Source: Eledone cirrhosa (taxonomy: Eukaryota). Taken from it: a stretch of DNA of 64,000 nt. The notes below the pieces were generated by a model, which was not told where the DNA came from, did no database searches, and worked only from the letters and a program-made list of their open reading frames with translations. The position numbers and the translations under genes are program-made. Shown one piece after another: positions 25,759 through 40,344 of the stretch (within the stretch, counting starts at the first letter, position 1; the number at the start of each line of letters is the position of its first letter). Where the stretch lies: NCBI GenBank assembly GCA_964016885.1, contig OZ024750.1, positions 6,882,001 through 6,946,000 of the forward strand. Direction: 5' to 3'.

Positions 25759-25861
25759 TGTGTGTGTATATATATATATATTTATAAATTGTGTGCGTAT
25801 ATATATATATATATATATATATAAATTGTGTGTGTATATATATATATATAAATTGTGTGTG

Positions 25862-25893
<32 letters not shown>

Positions 25894-27221
25894 TGTGTTT
25901 GAGAAAAGATTGCATGCCAGTACTTAATGCTAGTATGTGTAACATCATGTGCTATTTCTGTAGATTTCTGAGGGTTTAAAGTTTGTAACATATGGCTCCC
26001 AGATTTAGGACAAAGAAGTAATTTTTGTTTAAGGAATACTTGATACTTTCACATCTCTATCAGTAGGTGAAGCAAGGTCTGTAGGTTGTCTGCTTGCTTC
26101 CAGATCAATTCTATGGAGTCACTTTATCAACTTTAATCATTACTATCGTAAAGAGTATGGTTTGTTTACATCTGTTTCTCTGTGTTTTTGAGAAGTATGA
26201 TGGTTGACCTTGTTGATAAGCTAACAGACAACCAACATGAGGAGATATGGTTCATATCTCACCAGTGACAACTACTGTATTCTACTGGTGGCAACACACA
26301 CAAACATACTGAAACAAATATACAGACACACACACACACACACATACAGACAGACATGCGAACAGACATGCGAACACAGACATACAAACACACACACACA
26401 TACATAAACACAGACATACAAACAAGCAGACACACAGACAGAGACACACATACAAACATACAAACACACACAGATACAAACATGCAAACACATACAAACA
26501 CATACAGACACACTGACACAAACATACAAACACATACATACATACAAACATACACACACAAACACGCAAAGATACAAACACACAGCCACAAACACATAAA
26601 CATACAGACACACACAGACATACAGACACAAACATACTTGACAGTCTCTGGTGCAGACCTCCTGGCTATTAATAGGTACTGTGGGTTAGTGCAAGTCATT
26701 GTTGATGGTAATGAAGACACGTGGCTTAATGGTTAGAGAGAATTGGTTTCACAATTGTGAGGTTGTGAGTTTGATTCTGCAACTGGACCATGTATTGTGT
26801 CCTTGAGCAAGACATTTTATTTTACTTTGCTCCTTCTGCCAGGAGTTGCAACTGGTAGATAATATCAGCAATGGAAACATTGGTTCCTTGATTTGATTGA
26901 ATGAATCCCCCCCCCACACACACACACCCACACACATGGTAAGTGGGTGAAGTCTGGGATCTTGTTGATAAAAAAAAAAAAATATTTGTTGAAGGCAACA
27001 AAATTTCTGTTTGCATTCCTGATCTAATTAATATAATACTAATGAGGGGATTCCATGTTAATTTGTCATCCCTTTTCCAATAGGGAGAGATGACTCTCAA
27101 CTGTTTAACATTTGGAAAACTTAAGCTAATCTTCTTTGACCCAGTTTCGTAAAGAACTGGGATTAAAAACTAAAATATTCCTTTTCAAGCACAAAATTGT
27201 TGCATCAACTAATGTAAAGCA

Positions 27222-27653
27222 CTGTATATACTTGTCGGTGGAGTGCCGACTGTACATAAAGCGAGACACAGATCCCTGGCCTGACTCAGAGATCAGTGAC
27301 TCCGCTTCAGTACTGACTTGGTCAGTGTAGACCTGTCCAACCCTTCCTAGCAGGGAAAGCAGACGTTAAGTGATGATGATGATGGTAAGCTGAAGAATAT
27401 GTGACCAAATAATCCATGGTAAAATGGGGGTGGGGTCTTATATACACCATCTAAACAATGTGTTGATTAGTAGCTGTCTCAATTTGTAAATAGGGTTTGG
27501 ATTTTTGCCCATTCCTCAGACATAAAATAGGGTCAGCTTATATTCAAGTTGGCTTATACTTGGGTCAGCTTATATTCAAGTCAGCTTATATTTGGGTTAG
27601 CTTATATTCAAGTCAGCTAATATTTGGGTTAGCTTATATTCAAGTATATACTG
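27222..27653. mobile_element. Tc1/pogo-like MITE interrupted by a SINE 3' fragment (~27237-27384)
   Basis: TIR ctgtatatacttg / caagtatatactg with subterminal cagcttatatt repeats; insert ends in an RTE-type tail (gat)n; another TIR start at 27727. Confidence 0.6.
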
Positions 27654-27782
27654 TAGTTAAGCAATTGTCTTATGAAGAACTTAAACACATGTCCAAACCT
27701 TCATTGCTAATTTTCCATTTTATTTACCGTATATACTCGTCTATAAGTCTACCTTAATATAAGCTGACCCCTCTTCCGTTTC

Positions 27783-28195
27783 ATGGTGGTGGTGGTGGTG
27801 GCAGCAGTAGTGGCAGCAGTAGTTGTGGTAGCAGTGGTAGTGGTGTCAGTAGTAGTTTTGGCAATAGTAGTTTTGGCAATGGTGGTGGTGGTGGTGGTGG
27901 TGGTAGTAGCGGCAGTGGTGGTGGCAGCAGTAGTAGTAGTGGTGTCATTAGTAGCGTGGGTAGTAGTAGTGGCAATGGTGGTAGCAGTAGTAGTAGTGTT
28001 GGTAGTAGTAGTAGTGGTGGCAGTGGTAGTGTTGGTAGTAGTAGTAGTAGTGGTGGCAGTAGTAGTGTTGGTAGTAGTAGTAGTAGTGGTGGCAGTGGTA
28101 GTGTTGGTAGTAGTAGTGGTGGCAGTAGTAGTGTTGGTAGTAGTAGTAGTGGTGGTGGCAGTGGTAGTGTTGGTAGTAGTACTGGCAGTGGTAGT
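27783..28195. repeat. (GTA/GTG/GCA)n trinucleotide repeat
   Basis: Direct inspection. Confidence 0.95.
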
Positions 28196-28430
28196 CTTTA
28201 TTGTAAAAACAACAACATATTATTCCAGTTATATTTTAAGTAATAACAATTAAATATATTTTCAATTTCAAGTTGATATAAACAGAATTGTCAAATATAT
28301 TATTCCAATAAATATATCTCACAATGTTTAATGTAGTTAAACTTCTTTTATTACAGAAGTTCATATATTTACTACTGCTTCTTAGATTTATTTCTTCCTA
28401 CTCTTAAGAAAACATCTATTTGTTTAGAAG

Positions 28431-28544
28431 CCATTATCACCATCATCATCACCATCATCATCACCGTCATCACTGTCATCACCGTCATCACCACCACCAC
28501 CATCACCACCATCATCATCATCACCACCACCACCATCATCACCG

Positions 28545-28577
<33 letters not shown>

Positions 28578-28733
28578 CTGTCATCACCGTCATCACTGTC
28601 ATCACCGTCATCATCACCATCATCATCATCATCATCACCAGCATCATCATCATCATCACCACCACCACCACCACCACCGTCATCACTACCATCATCGTCA
28701 CCATCACTGCCATCATCATCATCATCATCATTA
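28431..28733. repeat. (CAT/CAC)n trinucleotide repeat
   Basis: Direct inspection. Confidence 0.95.
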
Positions 28734-29688
28734 CATCTAGATTTTTATGCCAATGTTGTGGTTATGTATATTAAATGTGATATTCCAATCTTGTTATATT
28801 TCATTCTAAATATTCTTTCATATAATAACTCTTATTTCACTGGTTCCCAAACTTATTTTACTGCAAAGAACTATTATATGATTTCCTAAAAGGGCAGCCT
28901 GCCATAGAAAGCTTGCCAAACAAAGGGTTGGCAGGACCTTTCAGTTGTATCAAAGACATGATAATCTCCCTCCCTAATGTTGGTGATTTATACAATAAAT
29001 GTAACCAGTATACACTGTAAAGTGGTTGGTGATATGAAGGGCATCAAGTCAAAGAAAGGTTACCAAACAAAGGGTTTGGTGGACCCTTTAATTGTGTCAA
29101 ATACATAACAATCTCCCACCCTAGGGCATCCAACCAGAGAAACCTCACAAAACGCCATGAACCACCATAAGTTTCCACTGCCACAGACTCCACCATGAAC
29201 CTATCAAAAAGCAGCAGATACATTATTTTGTTAGAGATTGTACAATGTTATTACTGAAAATATATTTGTTTGTTTTTCTTTAGATTAATTCTAATTCCTG
29301 ATAAGAGCTGGCTATAAAACACACAACCAAATGTTTAGAGAAGAGGAAATACTGAAACGAATTTTCAGATGTTGTTACATTTGAGAGCACTAAGAGCAAT
29401 TAAAATGATGATGTTATCTATAATAGTTTAACTCTTCCTTTACCATATTTCTAATGAAAGACATTGCTTATAAATTTCAAAATAATATATTGGAAAGATT
29501 TTGTAATATAACTTTCTCATTATTAAGTTTGTGTTCTTACATAAAATTATGATGGAAAATCTTTTGGTAAATGTAAATACTTTAATATAAACAGTTCAGT
29601 ATTCATAGAACAAGGAATGGTTTTAGGCAGTTTGGTATTAGAAGATTTAAAGAATTATGGTCTTTATAAGTTTTCTAATCCTCTAAGT

Positions 29689-30043
29689 CGGAGATTCCTA
29701 GCCTGGGCGATATTGCCCATTGTTTGGTGATTTTAACTGTCGGGTGAGCATTGAGCAACTGAACAGAAAATGGTGAGTGATTGGAAATTTTGGTAACAGA
29801 TATAGGATTTTGAGTATTAAGAAGGTATTTTAACATATATGATACCTGAAAAATAATATTCAAAGGAGATATGCAAAGAACATAAATAACCAAAAAACGT
29901 GAGGCTAAATAGGAATAATGAAACAGTAACAAATTTTTACCAAACATTTTTGGTATGTTTGTGAATATTTACTCTACAGGTGGGCAGTGGAAAATGTTTC
30001 CACGTGAAAGTGAGCAATGACAGGAAAATTGTTAGGAACCCTG
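29689..30043 (-). mobile_element. Non-autonomous hAT MITE, same family as 18433-18737
   Basis: Reverse-complement homology; 8-bp TSD ctctaagt/ctataagt. Confidence 0.8.
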
Positions 30044-32164
30044 CTATAAGTTATGGTGTGAATGTGAAAAGGTATAGTAACTAATGATTAAAAAGTCATA
30101 ATTTTTTGGTATTATTGCCTCCTAGACAAAATAGATGACTAGCTAACTATAGGTACCAATTCTACTTGACATTTAAGTAGTAACTAGTAGTAAGAAGAAA
30201 AGGAAGCTGTTGAAATCTTGCTCCAAATAATTCATAGAGTGAATTTTACAACATAGTTGAATGTGTGGGGGTAGACATTGTATAAATATAGCAGGGTGGG
30301 CATCATTATTGTAAGTGTCATATAACTGTGGTGGGGGGAGGCATCTTTGTTGTTATGTCATATTTAAACTGGGTGACAAGGACCATGTGGTGGTGTTAAA
30401 CTGGGTGACAGATTAAGTCTACCACCCAAGTAGGTCATGGCAGGATTTGAACTCAGAATACAAGGAGTCAGAATAAACACCCTATGGAACTGTGTTACCT
30501 CTTTTTATCTTAGTGGACTGAGTGGTTGGAAGTTTGCCAGGTGGACAGCTATTAGTAACTAGATACTGTTTATCTTACATCAGTAATGTAGTTTTGAGAA
30601 TACAGAAATATTTGCTATTCACAATTATCATTTTAATCAGTCCCCTGTAATCAAATTAACGAGATAAAAATCGTAATTAAATTGTTAAAATTTTACTACA
30701 ATTATACATGTTTTTCTTTTTTATCTTATTTTAATTATAGGCAGTGAATTGTCTGGGTTGTTGGAACATTGAAATAAATGTATTGGTTGTTTCTTTCTCT
30801 GTGTTCTGAGTTCAAATCCCACTGAGGTTAACTTTACTTTTCATCCTTTTGAGGTCAATAAAGTACCAGTCTAGTAGTGGAGGATTGTCAGGATTGTTAA
30901 AAGCTTGGAATGGGATGTTTTGAAGGATTTGTTCTAGCTTTGTGTACTTCCGAGTTAAAATCCTGCCTCCTACCAACAGAAAAAAAAGTGTTGATCCAAC
31001 ACAGAGTTGTAACTGGTAGATAGTATCAACAATAAAAAGACCAATGGAAACTTAGCTTCCTTGGTCTGACCTGAGGCTCTTTTCTTCTGCCAGGAGTTGT
31101 AACCAGTAGATAGTATCATCAATAGAAAGACTCATAGAAACGTAGTTTCTTTGGTCCAATCTGACAATCAGCTCCTTTCTTTTGCCAGGAAATAGTATCT
31201 ACAATGAAGAACCAATGGAAACTTAGCTTTCTTGGTCCTCCTTTTTTAACTAATTGATCTAATCAAGTTGGCAGGTTTTCATTATAATCCCTGTGTTTTT
31301 ATCTTTAATCTTCCTGTGTAGAATGGTGCTGGGGGGGACTGGTGGAGGGCAGAGGAATTGGCAGTGGAAATATTTGTAATGAAGTGAGATGTTTGAAGGG
31401 AAGTGTTAAGACTATGAGTGACCATATACCACCCTACTTTTACTACTACCCATTGACTATTTCATCAGTTAGATGCAGAAGCTGGGTGTTGACTGAAGTG
31501 TTTAGTGGTGGTAGACCTAATTGTTGTATGACCTATTGACCTATATTGGTGGAGAGGGGGAGAGGGGGTGGTTTGTCAAAGTGACATTGGCCTTTCGTTG
31601 CCTATTGACATCATTAAGAAACATATCTTAGTACTTGAAGTGGAGTAAATTTACTCCCTGGAAGGTAAACACTTCACTAATTGACCTTTGTCTTTTTCAC
31701 TACTGACCCCTCCCTCCCTCTCCCCTTCACTTCACTGTACAGTCTAATGTTGTTGTTGTTGCTTTTGATATCAGCGTACTTGTGATTCCTCAGATATACC
31801 ACCCTACCCCATTCACATGCGTGTATGTGCTTATTACTGCTGTAACTGACAATGTTGCTTCTTCCAACACCACCACCACCACCACATGGCACCTGTACCA
31901 CCACCACCACACAGCACTGTACCACCACCACATATACAACACCATAACCAACAAACATGCATCTCTACCTCCACCACCACAACCACCCAAATATGCAGCA
32001 GCACCACCATCTCTACTACTACTATCAATACTACCACCACTACTGCTACCACCACCACCACCACTACTGCTACCACCACCACCACCACCACCACCACAGC
32101 TACTACTACTGTTTGCACTTTAAGGTGATTAAAAGAAAAAACTTAAATTGGTGGCCGAGTTCCA

Positions 32165-32380
32165 AAATTGCTGACAAATTTGCCCTGGGAACTGTTTAAA
32201 TTGCTGACAACTTTTCCCTGGGAACTGTTTAAATTGCTGGCAACTTTTCCCTGGGAACTGTTTAAATTGCTGGCAACTATTCCCTGGGAACTGTTTAAAT
32301 TGCTGGCAACTTTTCCCTGGGAACTGTTTAAATTGCTGGCAACTTTGCCATTGGAACTGTTTAAATTGCTGACAACTTTT
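32165..32380. repeat. 33-bp minisatellite (~6 copies)
   Basis: Unit ccctgggaactgtttaaattgctggcaactttt. Confidence 0.9.
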
Positions 32381-32543
32381 CTTGTGGCCATACTGGAGCA
32401 CCACCCTTTTTAAAAAATTGTTCTCCTAGTTTGTCATTTGATCAGTATCATTAGGATAACAGTAGGAGGATGATAGATCTGATGTCATTGTTAGGTGACA
32501 ATAGGTTCTGGAGGTGATGACAGTGCCATGTCATGAGGCAGGG

Positions 32544-32575
<32 letters not shown>

Positions 32576-32644
32576 GTAGAACCAACACTAGATAGATTCT
32601 TGCTTGTTTGTCTAGAACCAGACATGAGCAACATTTTGTGAGCA

Positions 32645-32805
32645 GTGGGCCACATAAGATCTGGCTCATCACAATGTGGGCCCCATAAGATCTGGCTCAT
32701 CACAAGGTAGGCCCCATAAGATCTAGCTCATCACAAGGCAAGCTACATAAAGACTTGGCTCATCATAAGCTGGGCCACAAAGACTTGGCTCATTATAAGG
32801 TAAGC
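32645..32805. repeat. ~30-bp minisatellite (~5 copies)
   Basis: Unit like gggcccccataagatctggctcatcacaa. Confidence 0.85.
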
Positions 32806-32983
32806 TGCAGTACTAAAAATTCCAAGCAACCACATCATTCTAGATTCAGTCCCACTTTGTGACATTTTAGGTTAATGTCTCCTGTCTTCTATAGCCTCAG
32901 TCTAACTTATTATCTTGTGAGTGGAATTTGGTAAACGGAATCTACAGAAACTCGCCGTGTGTGTGTGTGTGTATGTATGTATG

Positions 32984-33026
<43 letters not shown>

Positions 33027-33679
33027 ATTTACGTTTGTCTCTTTAGTAATGTCCCGTAACCTAGCGATTCGATAGAAATAAGATCTATAAAATAAAATAA
33101 GTTCACAATAGCTGAGTAAGAAACTCTCAGAAGAGAGCTAGACAGCAAAAGGTGTTCAGAAAAGAAACCCCTCACCCCTCAGGCGATATTTCGGTCACTA
33201 CCCCACCCTCTCTGTACAACATAGAATAAATATTGTGAAATAAAAAAAACAAAACAATAGCAACAAAACAATACAAACGCGAAAATATGAAGAAGAAGAA
33301 GAAAGAAAATAAATTTTGATGAATCTTAATTTTGGTCTGCGTCGGTTAACAGTTGATAAATATAGTCTTCGTATAATGCCGAGAAGACAGGGCTATGCCC
33401 ATTGGAACAGGTCTATTTTTCGGGTTATGTAAGTTGTGGCTATCTCTAGATTTTAAAACAAACTTTATTATGTAGTTTGAAAATATTCTAGTATAAATTA
33501 AATCTCAATTGAATTACGAAGCGAAACTATAACAGTTTTAATATTGTTAGACATTGTTGTAGTTGTTACATAGAGATTTTCGTTTTCTCTGTCATACCCA
33601 CATTAAAATAGTTAAAATTACAGAGATAATTAATCTAAATTTTCTTCACCTTTTAACTACTTTAATTCGTTGTATCACA

Positions 33680-33935
33680 GCCGAGGTTAACTTTACCTTT
33701 CATCCTTACGGGGTCGATAAAATAAAGTACCAGTAATACACTGCGAAAATTGCTGGCCTTGTGCCAAAAGTAGAAACAATTATTATTCTGAGTTCAAATC
33801 CCGCCGAGGTTAACTTTGCCTTTCATCCTTATAAGGTCGATAAAATAAAGTACCAGTAATGCACTGAGATCAATTTCATCGACTTCCCCCTCCCCCAAAA
33901 TTGCTGGCATTGTGACAAATGTAGAAAGGATTATT
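33680..33935 (+). mobile_element. Two tandem 5'-truncated SINE family 1 copies
   Basis: gccgaggttaacttt..gtcgataaaataaagtaccagt occurs twice. Confidence 0.85.
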
Positions 33936-34329
33936 AATGTGTAGATGTTTGAAATATAATAATTATACCATGTGTCCTTGGTTGATAAGAGAAAAAAGTC
34001 TTTGTAGAAATAATATACCATGTGATATAACAGATCTTTAACTGTCGTCATTCATAAAGAAATTCACAAATATTTGCTCTGTACTTTATATATATATATG
34101 TATGTATGTATAAATATAAACTTATATATATATATATATATATATTCATGATCATTTCTCCTGAATGAAACAGTTCTAGTCCTGTAGAAGCCGTTTCTAT
34201 ATATATATATATCATCATCCAAATTTCAAGCATGTTTGTTTGGGAACAAATATGAACTTTACTATTATGCAATTTCATATACATCGTTTATTTCAATATA
34301 ATAAATTAAATTATATCTATATATATATT

Positions 34330-34412
<83 letters not shown>

Positions 34413-35478
34413 TGTTGTATATGCGTGTGTTATACACATACATACATATATACACACACACACCCTCTCATTCATCACTCATGAATGTAAGAGGAAATAT
34501 ATATTTATTTGTATATTAGAATTAAACCATTTATTTATATGTAGTGATAGTTCTGTGAGTGTGTAATGTAGTGTAATGTATGTATGTTGGTGTTGGTTTG
34601 TTAAATCACTGTGTCGCTATTATATGAACTTAACTTCCTGTGTTTTAAACATTAAACATCGTGCCGTTAGAAAAATGTAAACAATCACAATAGGAGGAGA
34701 GAAAAAGAGTTGAAGAAGAAATTAGGTCCTTGTTAGACAAAAAACTAAACTATATATATATATAAAAAAAATGAAGTTTCACAGCCGGGGTCAGATTAGG
34801 TTCAGTAACGTACAGGACAAATTTGTGATAAATTATATTTACTGTCTACTTTGATAAGTTCTTTTAAACACCCACCCATCCAGAGTTGCTCACTTCTGTT
34901 GCACAAATTGAATGTCTGTGTGTTTATATGTTTAGAGTTTAGAGTTTAACCACTCCCTTCTATTTTAGTTGATATATGCCTCCTACTATTATCAATGATA
35001 GGGAATTTCAGGGCTGTTGGTGGTGGTGGTGGTGGTGGTGGTTGTTGTGTTGGTATTGATGGTGGTGGTGATGCTGTTGGCTGTGGTTGTGATGTTGGTG
35101 ATGGTAGTTGTGGTGATGTTGATGGTGGTGGTGGTGGTAGTTGTGGTGGTATTGATGGTGATTGTGTTGGTGTTGGTAGTTGTAGTGGTGGTGGTGGTGG
35201 TGGTATTGATGGTGTTGATGTTGCACTTCTGGTGGTGGGGGTGGTGGTGTTATAACCAACTTATCAATGGCTAAGATGACCTTGACAAGAAGTCTATCAC
35301 ATTGCTATTACTGGTTATATTTATCAATGGTAAGATGGTGGTGCCTTTATAGCAAGCAGATGTCAGGATTCTCTTTCTTTACACTGCTTATTTAGTGTGT
35401 CTGGCTTTACTTAATTGATAAACTATGAGACTACCATTAATTCATAGTGATAGTTTCATACCTTATCTTTGGTTAACG

Positions 35479-36560
35479 CCCACCACTGCCATCTGTTTTG
35501 TGGTTATTGGGCCCTTAATAAGCCTTCAAGCCCACCATTGCCATCTGTTTTGTGGTTATTGGGCCCTTAATAAGCCTTCAAGCCCACCACTGCCATCTGT
35601 TTTGTGGTTATTGGGCCCTTAATAAGCCTTCAAGCCCACCATTGCCATCTGTTTTGTGGTTATTGGGCCCTTAATAAGCCTTCAAGCCCACCACTGCCAT
35701 CTGTTTTGTGGTTATTGGGCCCTTAATAAGCCTTCAAGCCCACCACTGCCATCTGTTTTGTGGTTATTGGGCCCTTAATAAGTCTTCAAGCCCACCACTG
35801 CCATCTGTTTTGTGGTTATTGGGCCCTTAATAAGTCTTCAAGCCCACCACTGCCATCTGTTTTGTGGTTATTGGGCCCTTAATAAGCCTTCAAGCCCACC
35901 ACTGCCATCTGTTTTGTGGTTATTGGGCCCTTAATAAGCCTTCAAGCCCACCACTGCCATCTGTTTTGTGGTTATTGGGCCCTTAATAAGCCTTCAAGCC
36001 CACCACTGCCATCTGTTTTGTGGTTATTGGGCCCTTAATAAGTCTTCAAGCCCACCACTGCCATCTGTTTTGTGGTTATTGGGCCCTTAATAAGCCTTCA
36101 AGCCCACCACTGCCATCTGTTTTGTGGTTATTGGGCCCTTAATAAGCCTTCAAGCCCACCACTGCCATCTGTTTTGTGGTTATTGGGCCCTTAATAAGTC
36201 TTCAAGCCCACCACTGCCATCTGTTTTGTGGTTATTGGGCCCTTAATCAGCCCCCAAGCCCACCACTGCCATCTGTTTTGTGGTTATTGGGCCCTTAATC
36301 AGCCCCCAAGCCCACCACTGCCATCTGTTTTGTGGTTATTGGGCCCTTAATCAGCCCCCAAGCCCACCACTGCCATCTGTTTTGTGGTTATTGGGCCGTT
36401 AATAAGCCCTCAAGCTCACCACAACCGGCTGTTTTGTGGTTGTTTGGTCAGTCCTTAATAAGCCCTCAAGCCCACCACTGCCAGCTGTTCTGTGGTTATT
36501 GGGCCCTTAATCAACCCTCAAGCCCACCACTACCAGCTGTTATCTTGTTGAGCCCTTAAT
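35479..36560. repeat. 52-bp minisatellite (~21 copies)
   Basis: Unit ccaccactgccatctgttttgtggttattgggcccttaataagccttcaagc; degenerates at the 3' end. Confidence 0.95.
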
Positions 36561-36962
36561 CGACTCTGATCATTAAGGGCCCAATTTTGTCATGGCCATC
36601 CAGTTTTTCATTTCAGACATTGTGTATCAAAAAATACATTTTACAATGTATCCTTTTTTTTTCTTTTTTATTAATGATAGGATGTTATTTGAAGGAGATT
36701 TGGTTTCTATTTCTAGCAGGAAGAGTGACCACATAGAGGCACATACAAATTCGTTGGACAACACACTTTGTTACATATAGTTACATCTCTTTATGTTCTG
36801 AGTTCAAATCCTGCTGAGATTAACTTTGCCTTTCATCCTCACAGGACCAGAAATGCACTGGGTTGATTTAATTCACTCACCCCTCTCCTCCAATACTGTT
36901 GGCCTTCTGCCTAAATCATAAACAATTATTGTTATTTACAGAGCAGCTACTTCTGAAATATT

Positions 36963-37683
36963 CTGTTTACCTGTAGTCTCACTGTTTACCTGTAGTCTCA
37001 CTGTTTACCTGTAGTCCTACTGTTTACCTGTAGTCCTACTGTTTACCTGTAGTCCTACTGTTTACCTGTAGTCCTACTGTTTACCTGTAGTCCTACTGTT
37101 TACCTGTAGTCCTACTGTTTACCTGTAGTCTCACTGTTTACCTGTAGTCCTACTGTTTACCTGTAGTCCTACTGTTTACCTGTAGTCCTACTGTTTACCT
37201 GTAGTCCTACTGTTTACCTGTAGTCCTACTGTTTACCTGTAGTCCTACTGTTTACCTGTAGTCTCACTGTTTACCTGTAGTCCTACTGTTTACCTGTAGT
37301 CCTACTGTTTACCTGTAGTCCTACTGTTTACCTGTAGTCCTACTGTTTACCTGTAGTCCTACTGTTTACCTGTAGTCTCACTGTTTACCTGTAGTCCTAC
37401 TGTTTACCTGTAGTCCTACTGTTTACCTGTAGTCCTACTGTTTACCTGTAGTCCTACTGTTTACCTGTAGTCCTACTGTTTACCTGTAGTCCTACTGTTT
37501 ACCTGTAGTCCTACTGTTTACCTGTAGTCCTACTGTTTACCTGTAGTCCTACTGTTTACCTGTAGTCCTACTGTTTACCTGTAGTCTCACTGTTTACCTG
37601 TAGTCTCACTGTTTACCTTTAGTCTCACTGTTTACCTGTAGTCCTACTGTTTACCTGTAGTCCTACTGTTTACCTGTAGTCCC
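36963..37683. repeat. 19-bp minisatellite (~38 copies)
   Basis: Unit ctgtttacctgtagtccta / ctgtttacctgtagtctca. Confidence 0.95.
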
Positions 37684-37796
37684 ACTCTAATAGTTGTCAT
37701 TCTTTCTAGAAGACGAGACAGTATGTAGATGTCTGCTTGCTTGTTCCTCCACCAACCTCTCTCGTTTCAGGTTTCACTTGCAATGATTTCTCAGAA

Positions 37797-39695
37797 TACG
37801 CACCTGACAGTCTTAGTTATTATTATATATTATATACACACCTGACAGTCTTAGTTATTATTATATATTATATACACACCTGACAGTCTTAGTTATTATT
37901 ATATATTATATACACACCTGACAGTCTTAGTTATTATTATATATTATATACGCACCTGACAGTCTTAGTTATTATTATATATTATATACACACCTGACAG
38001 TCTTAGTTATTATTATATATTATATACACACCTGACAGTCTTAGTTATTATTATATATTATATACACACCTGACAGTCTTAGTTATTATTATATATTATA
38101 TACACACCTGACAGTCTTAGTTATTATTATATATTATATACACACCTGACAGTCTTAGTTATTATTATATATTATATACACACCTGACAGTCTTAGTTAT
38201 TATTATATATTATATACACACCTGACAGTCTTAGTTATTATTATATATTATATACACACCTGACAGTCTTAGTTATTATTATATATTATATACGCACCTG
38301 ACAGTCTTAGTTATTATTATATATTATATACGCACCTGACAGTCTTAGTTATTATTATATATTATATACACACCTGACAGTCTTAGTTATTATTATATAT
38401 TATATACACACCTGACAGTCTTAGTTATTATTATATATTATATACACACCTGACAGTCTTAGTTATTATTATATATTATATACACACCTGACAGTCTTAG
38501 TTATTATTATATATTATATACACACCTGACAGTCTTAGTTATTATTATATATTATATACGCACCTGACAGTCTTAGTTATTATTATATATTATATACACA
38601 CCTGACAGTCTTAGTTATTATTATATATTATATACACACCTGACAGTCTTAGTTATTATTATATATTATATACACACCTGACAGTCTTAGCTATTATTAT
38701 ATATTATATACACACCTGACAGTCTTAGTTATTATTATATATTATATACACACCTGACAGTCTTAGCTATTATATATTATATATACCTGAAAGTCGTAGC
38801 TATTATATATTATATATACCTGACAGTGATACTTATTATATATTATATACACCTGACAGTGATACTTATTATATATTATATATACCTGACAGTTTTAGCT
38901 ATTATATATTATATATACACCTGACAGTGATATTTATTATATATTATATATACCTGACAGTCTTAGCTATTATATATTATATATACACCTGACAGTGATA
39001 CTTATTATATATTATATATACCTGACAGTTTTAGCTATTATATATTATATATACACCTGACAGTCTTAGTTATTATTATACATTATATATACACCTGACA
39101 GTCTTAGTTATTATTATACATTATATATACACCTGACAGTCTTAGCTATTATATATTATATACATCTGACTGATACTTATTATATATTATATATACCTGA
39201 CAGTCGTAGCTATTATATATTATATACACCTGACAGTGATACTTATTATATATTATATACACCTGACAGTGATACTTATTATATATTATATACACCTGAC
39301 AGTTTTAGCTATTATATATTATATATACACCTGACAGTGATACTTATTATATATTATATACACCTGACAGTCTTAGCTATTATATATTATATATACACCT
39401 GACAGTGATACTTATTTTATATTATATACACCTGACAGTGATACTTATTATATATTATATACACCTGACAGTGATACTTATTATATATTATATAGACCTG
39501 ACAGTCTTAGCTATTATATATTATATATACACCTGACAGTGATACTTATTATATATTATATACACCTGACAGTCTTAGCTATTATATATTATATATACCT
39601 TACAGTGATGGTTATTGTTATATATTATATACACAGCTGACAGTGATAGTTATTATTATATACTATACACTGTATATTATATATACACCTGACAT
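37797..39695. repeat. 38-bp minisatellite grading into 33-35-bp variants
   Basis: Unit cacctgacagtcttagttattattatatattatataca; homogeneous to ~38760, then heterogeneous. Confidence 0.95.
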
Positions 39696-39714
39696 TCATA
39701 GCCACTGTATAATA

Positions 39715-39905
39715 AGTGTTTCTATTTTAGGCACAAGGCCAGCAATTACCCAGTACATTACTGGTATTTTATTTTATTGACCCCCGTAAGGATGAAAGGC
39801 AAAGTTAACCTCGGCGGGATTTGAACTCAGATCATAAAGGGACGTAACTCTATGCTTCAAAGCATGGTGTCTGACTCTCTACTGATACTGCCAATCCACC
39901 GCCCA
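39715..39905 (-). mobile_element. tRNA-derived SINE family 1
   Basis: Reverse complement of 10122-10308. Confidence 0.9.
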
Positions 39906-39977
39906 TAGCTACTGTATAATAATACTGTATAATAATAGATGATAGCTATAATTATATATATTAGCCTATATATATAT

Positions 39978-40298
39978 AGGTGCATGGCTTAGTGGTTAGT
40001 GCAATCGAAAGGTTGTGAGTTCAATTCTCAGACTGGGTGATGTGTTGTTTCCTTGAGCAAGACACTTTATTTCATATTGCTCCAGTTTACTCAGCTGTAG
40101 AAATGAGATGATAGGGACTGGGGTCCCTATCATTCCACTGCAAAGTGGTCGTGGAGGTGCCACGGCAAAAAAGCACTCACTGTAAATGAGGTTGGTGTTA
40201 GGAAGGGCATCCAGCTGTAGAAATCAAGCCAGAATCAGTTCCTGTCCTACCCTTGCAAGCAGGGAAAAGCAGACCTAAAATGATGATGATGATGATGA
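39978..40298 (+). mobile_element. Full-length composite tRNA-SINE family 2 with RTE tail
   Basis: A box TGGCTTAGTGG, B box GAGTTCAATTC, central ..ccttgagcaagacac.., hairpin atgatagggac-tggg-gtccctatcat, family 3 body, tail cccttgcaagcagggaaaagc..aaaa(tga)n. Confidence 0.9.
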
Positions 40299-40344
40299 TA
40301 CCTGATGCTAATGGCTACTGTTAAATATGAGTAAATATCTCATC

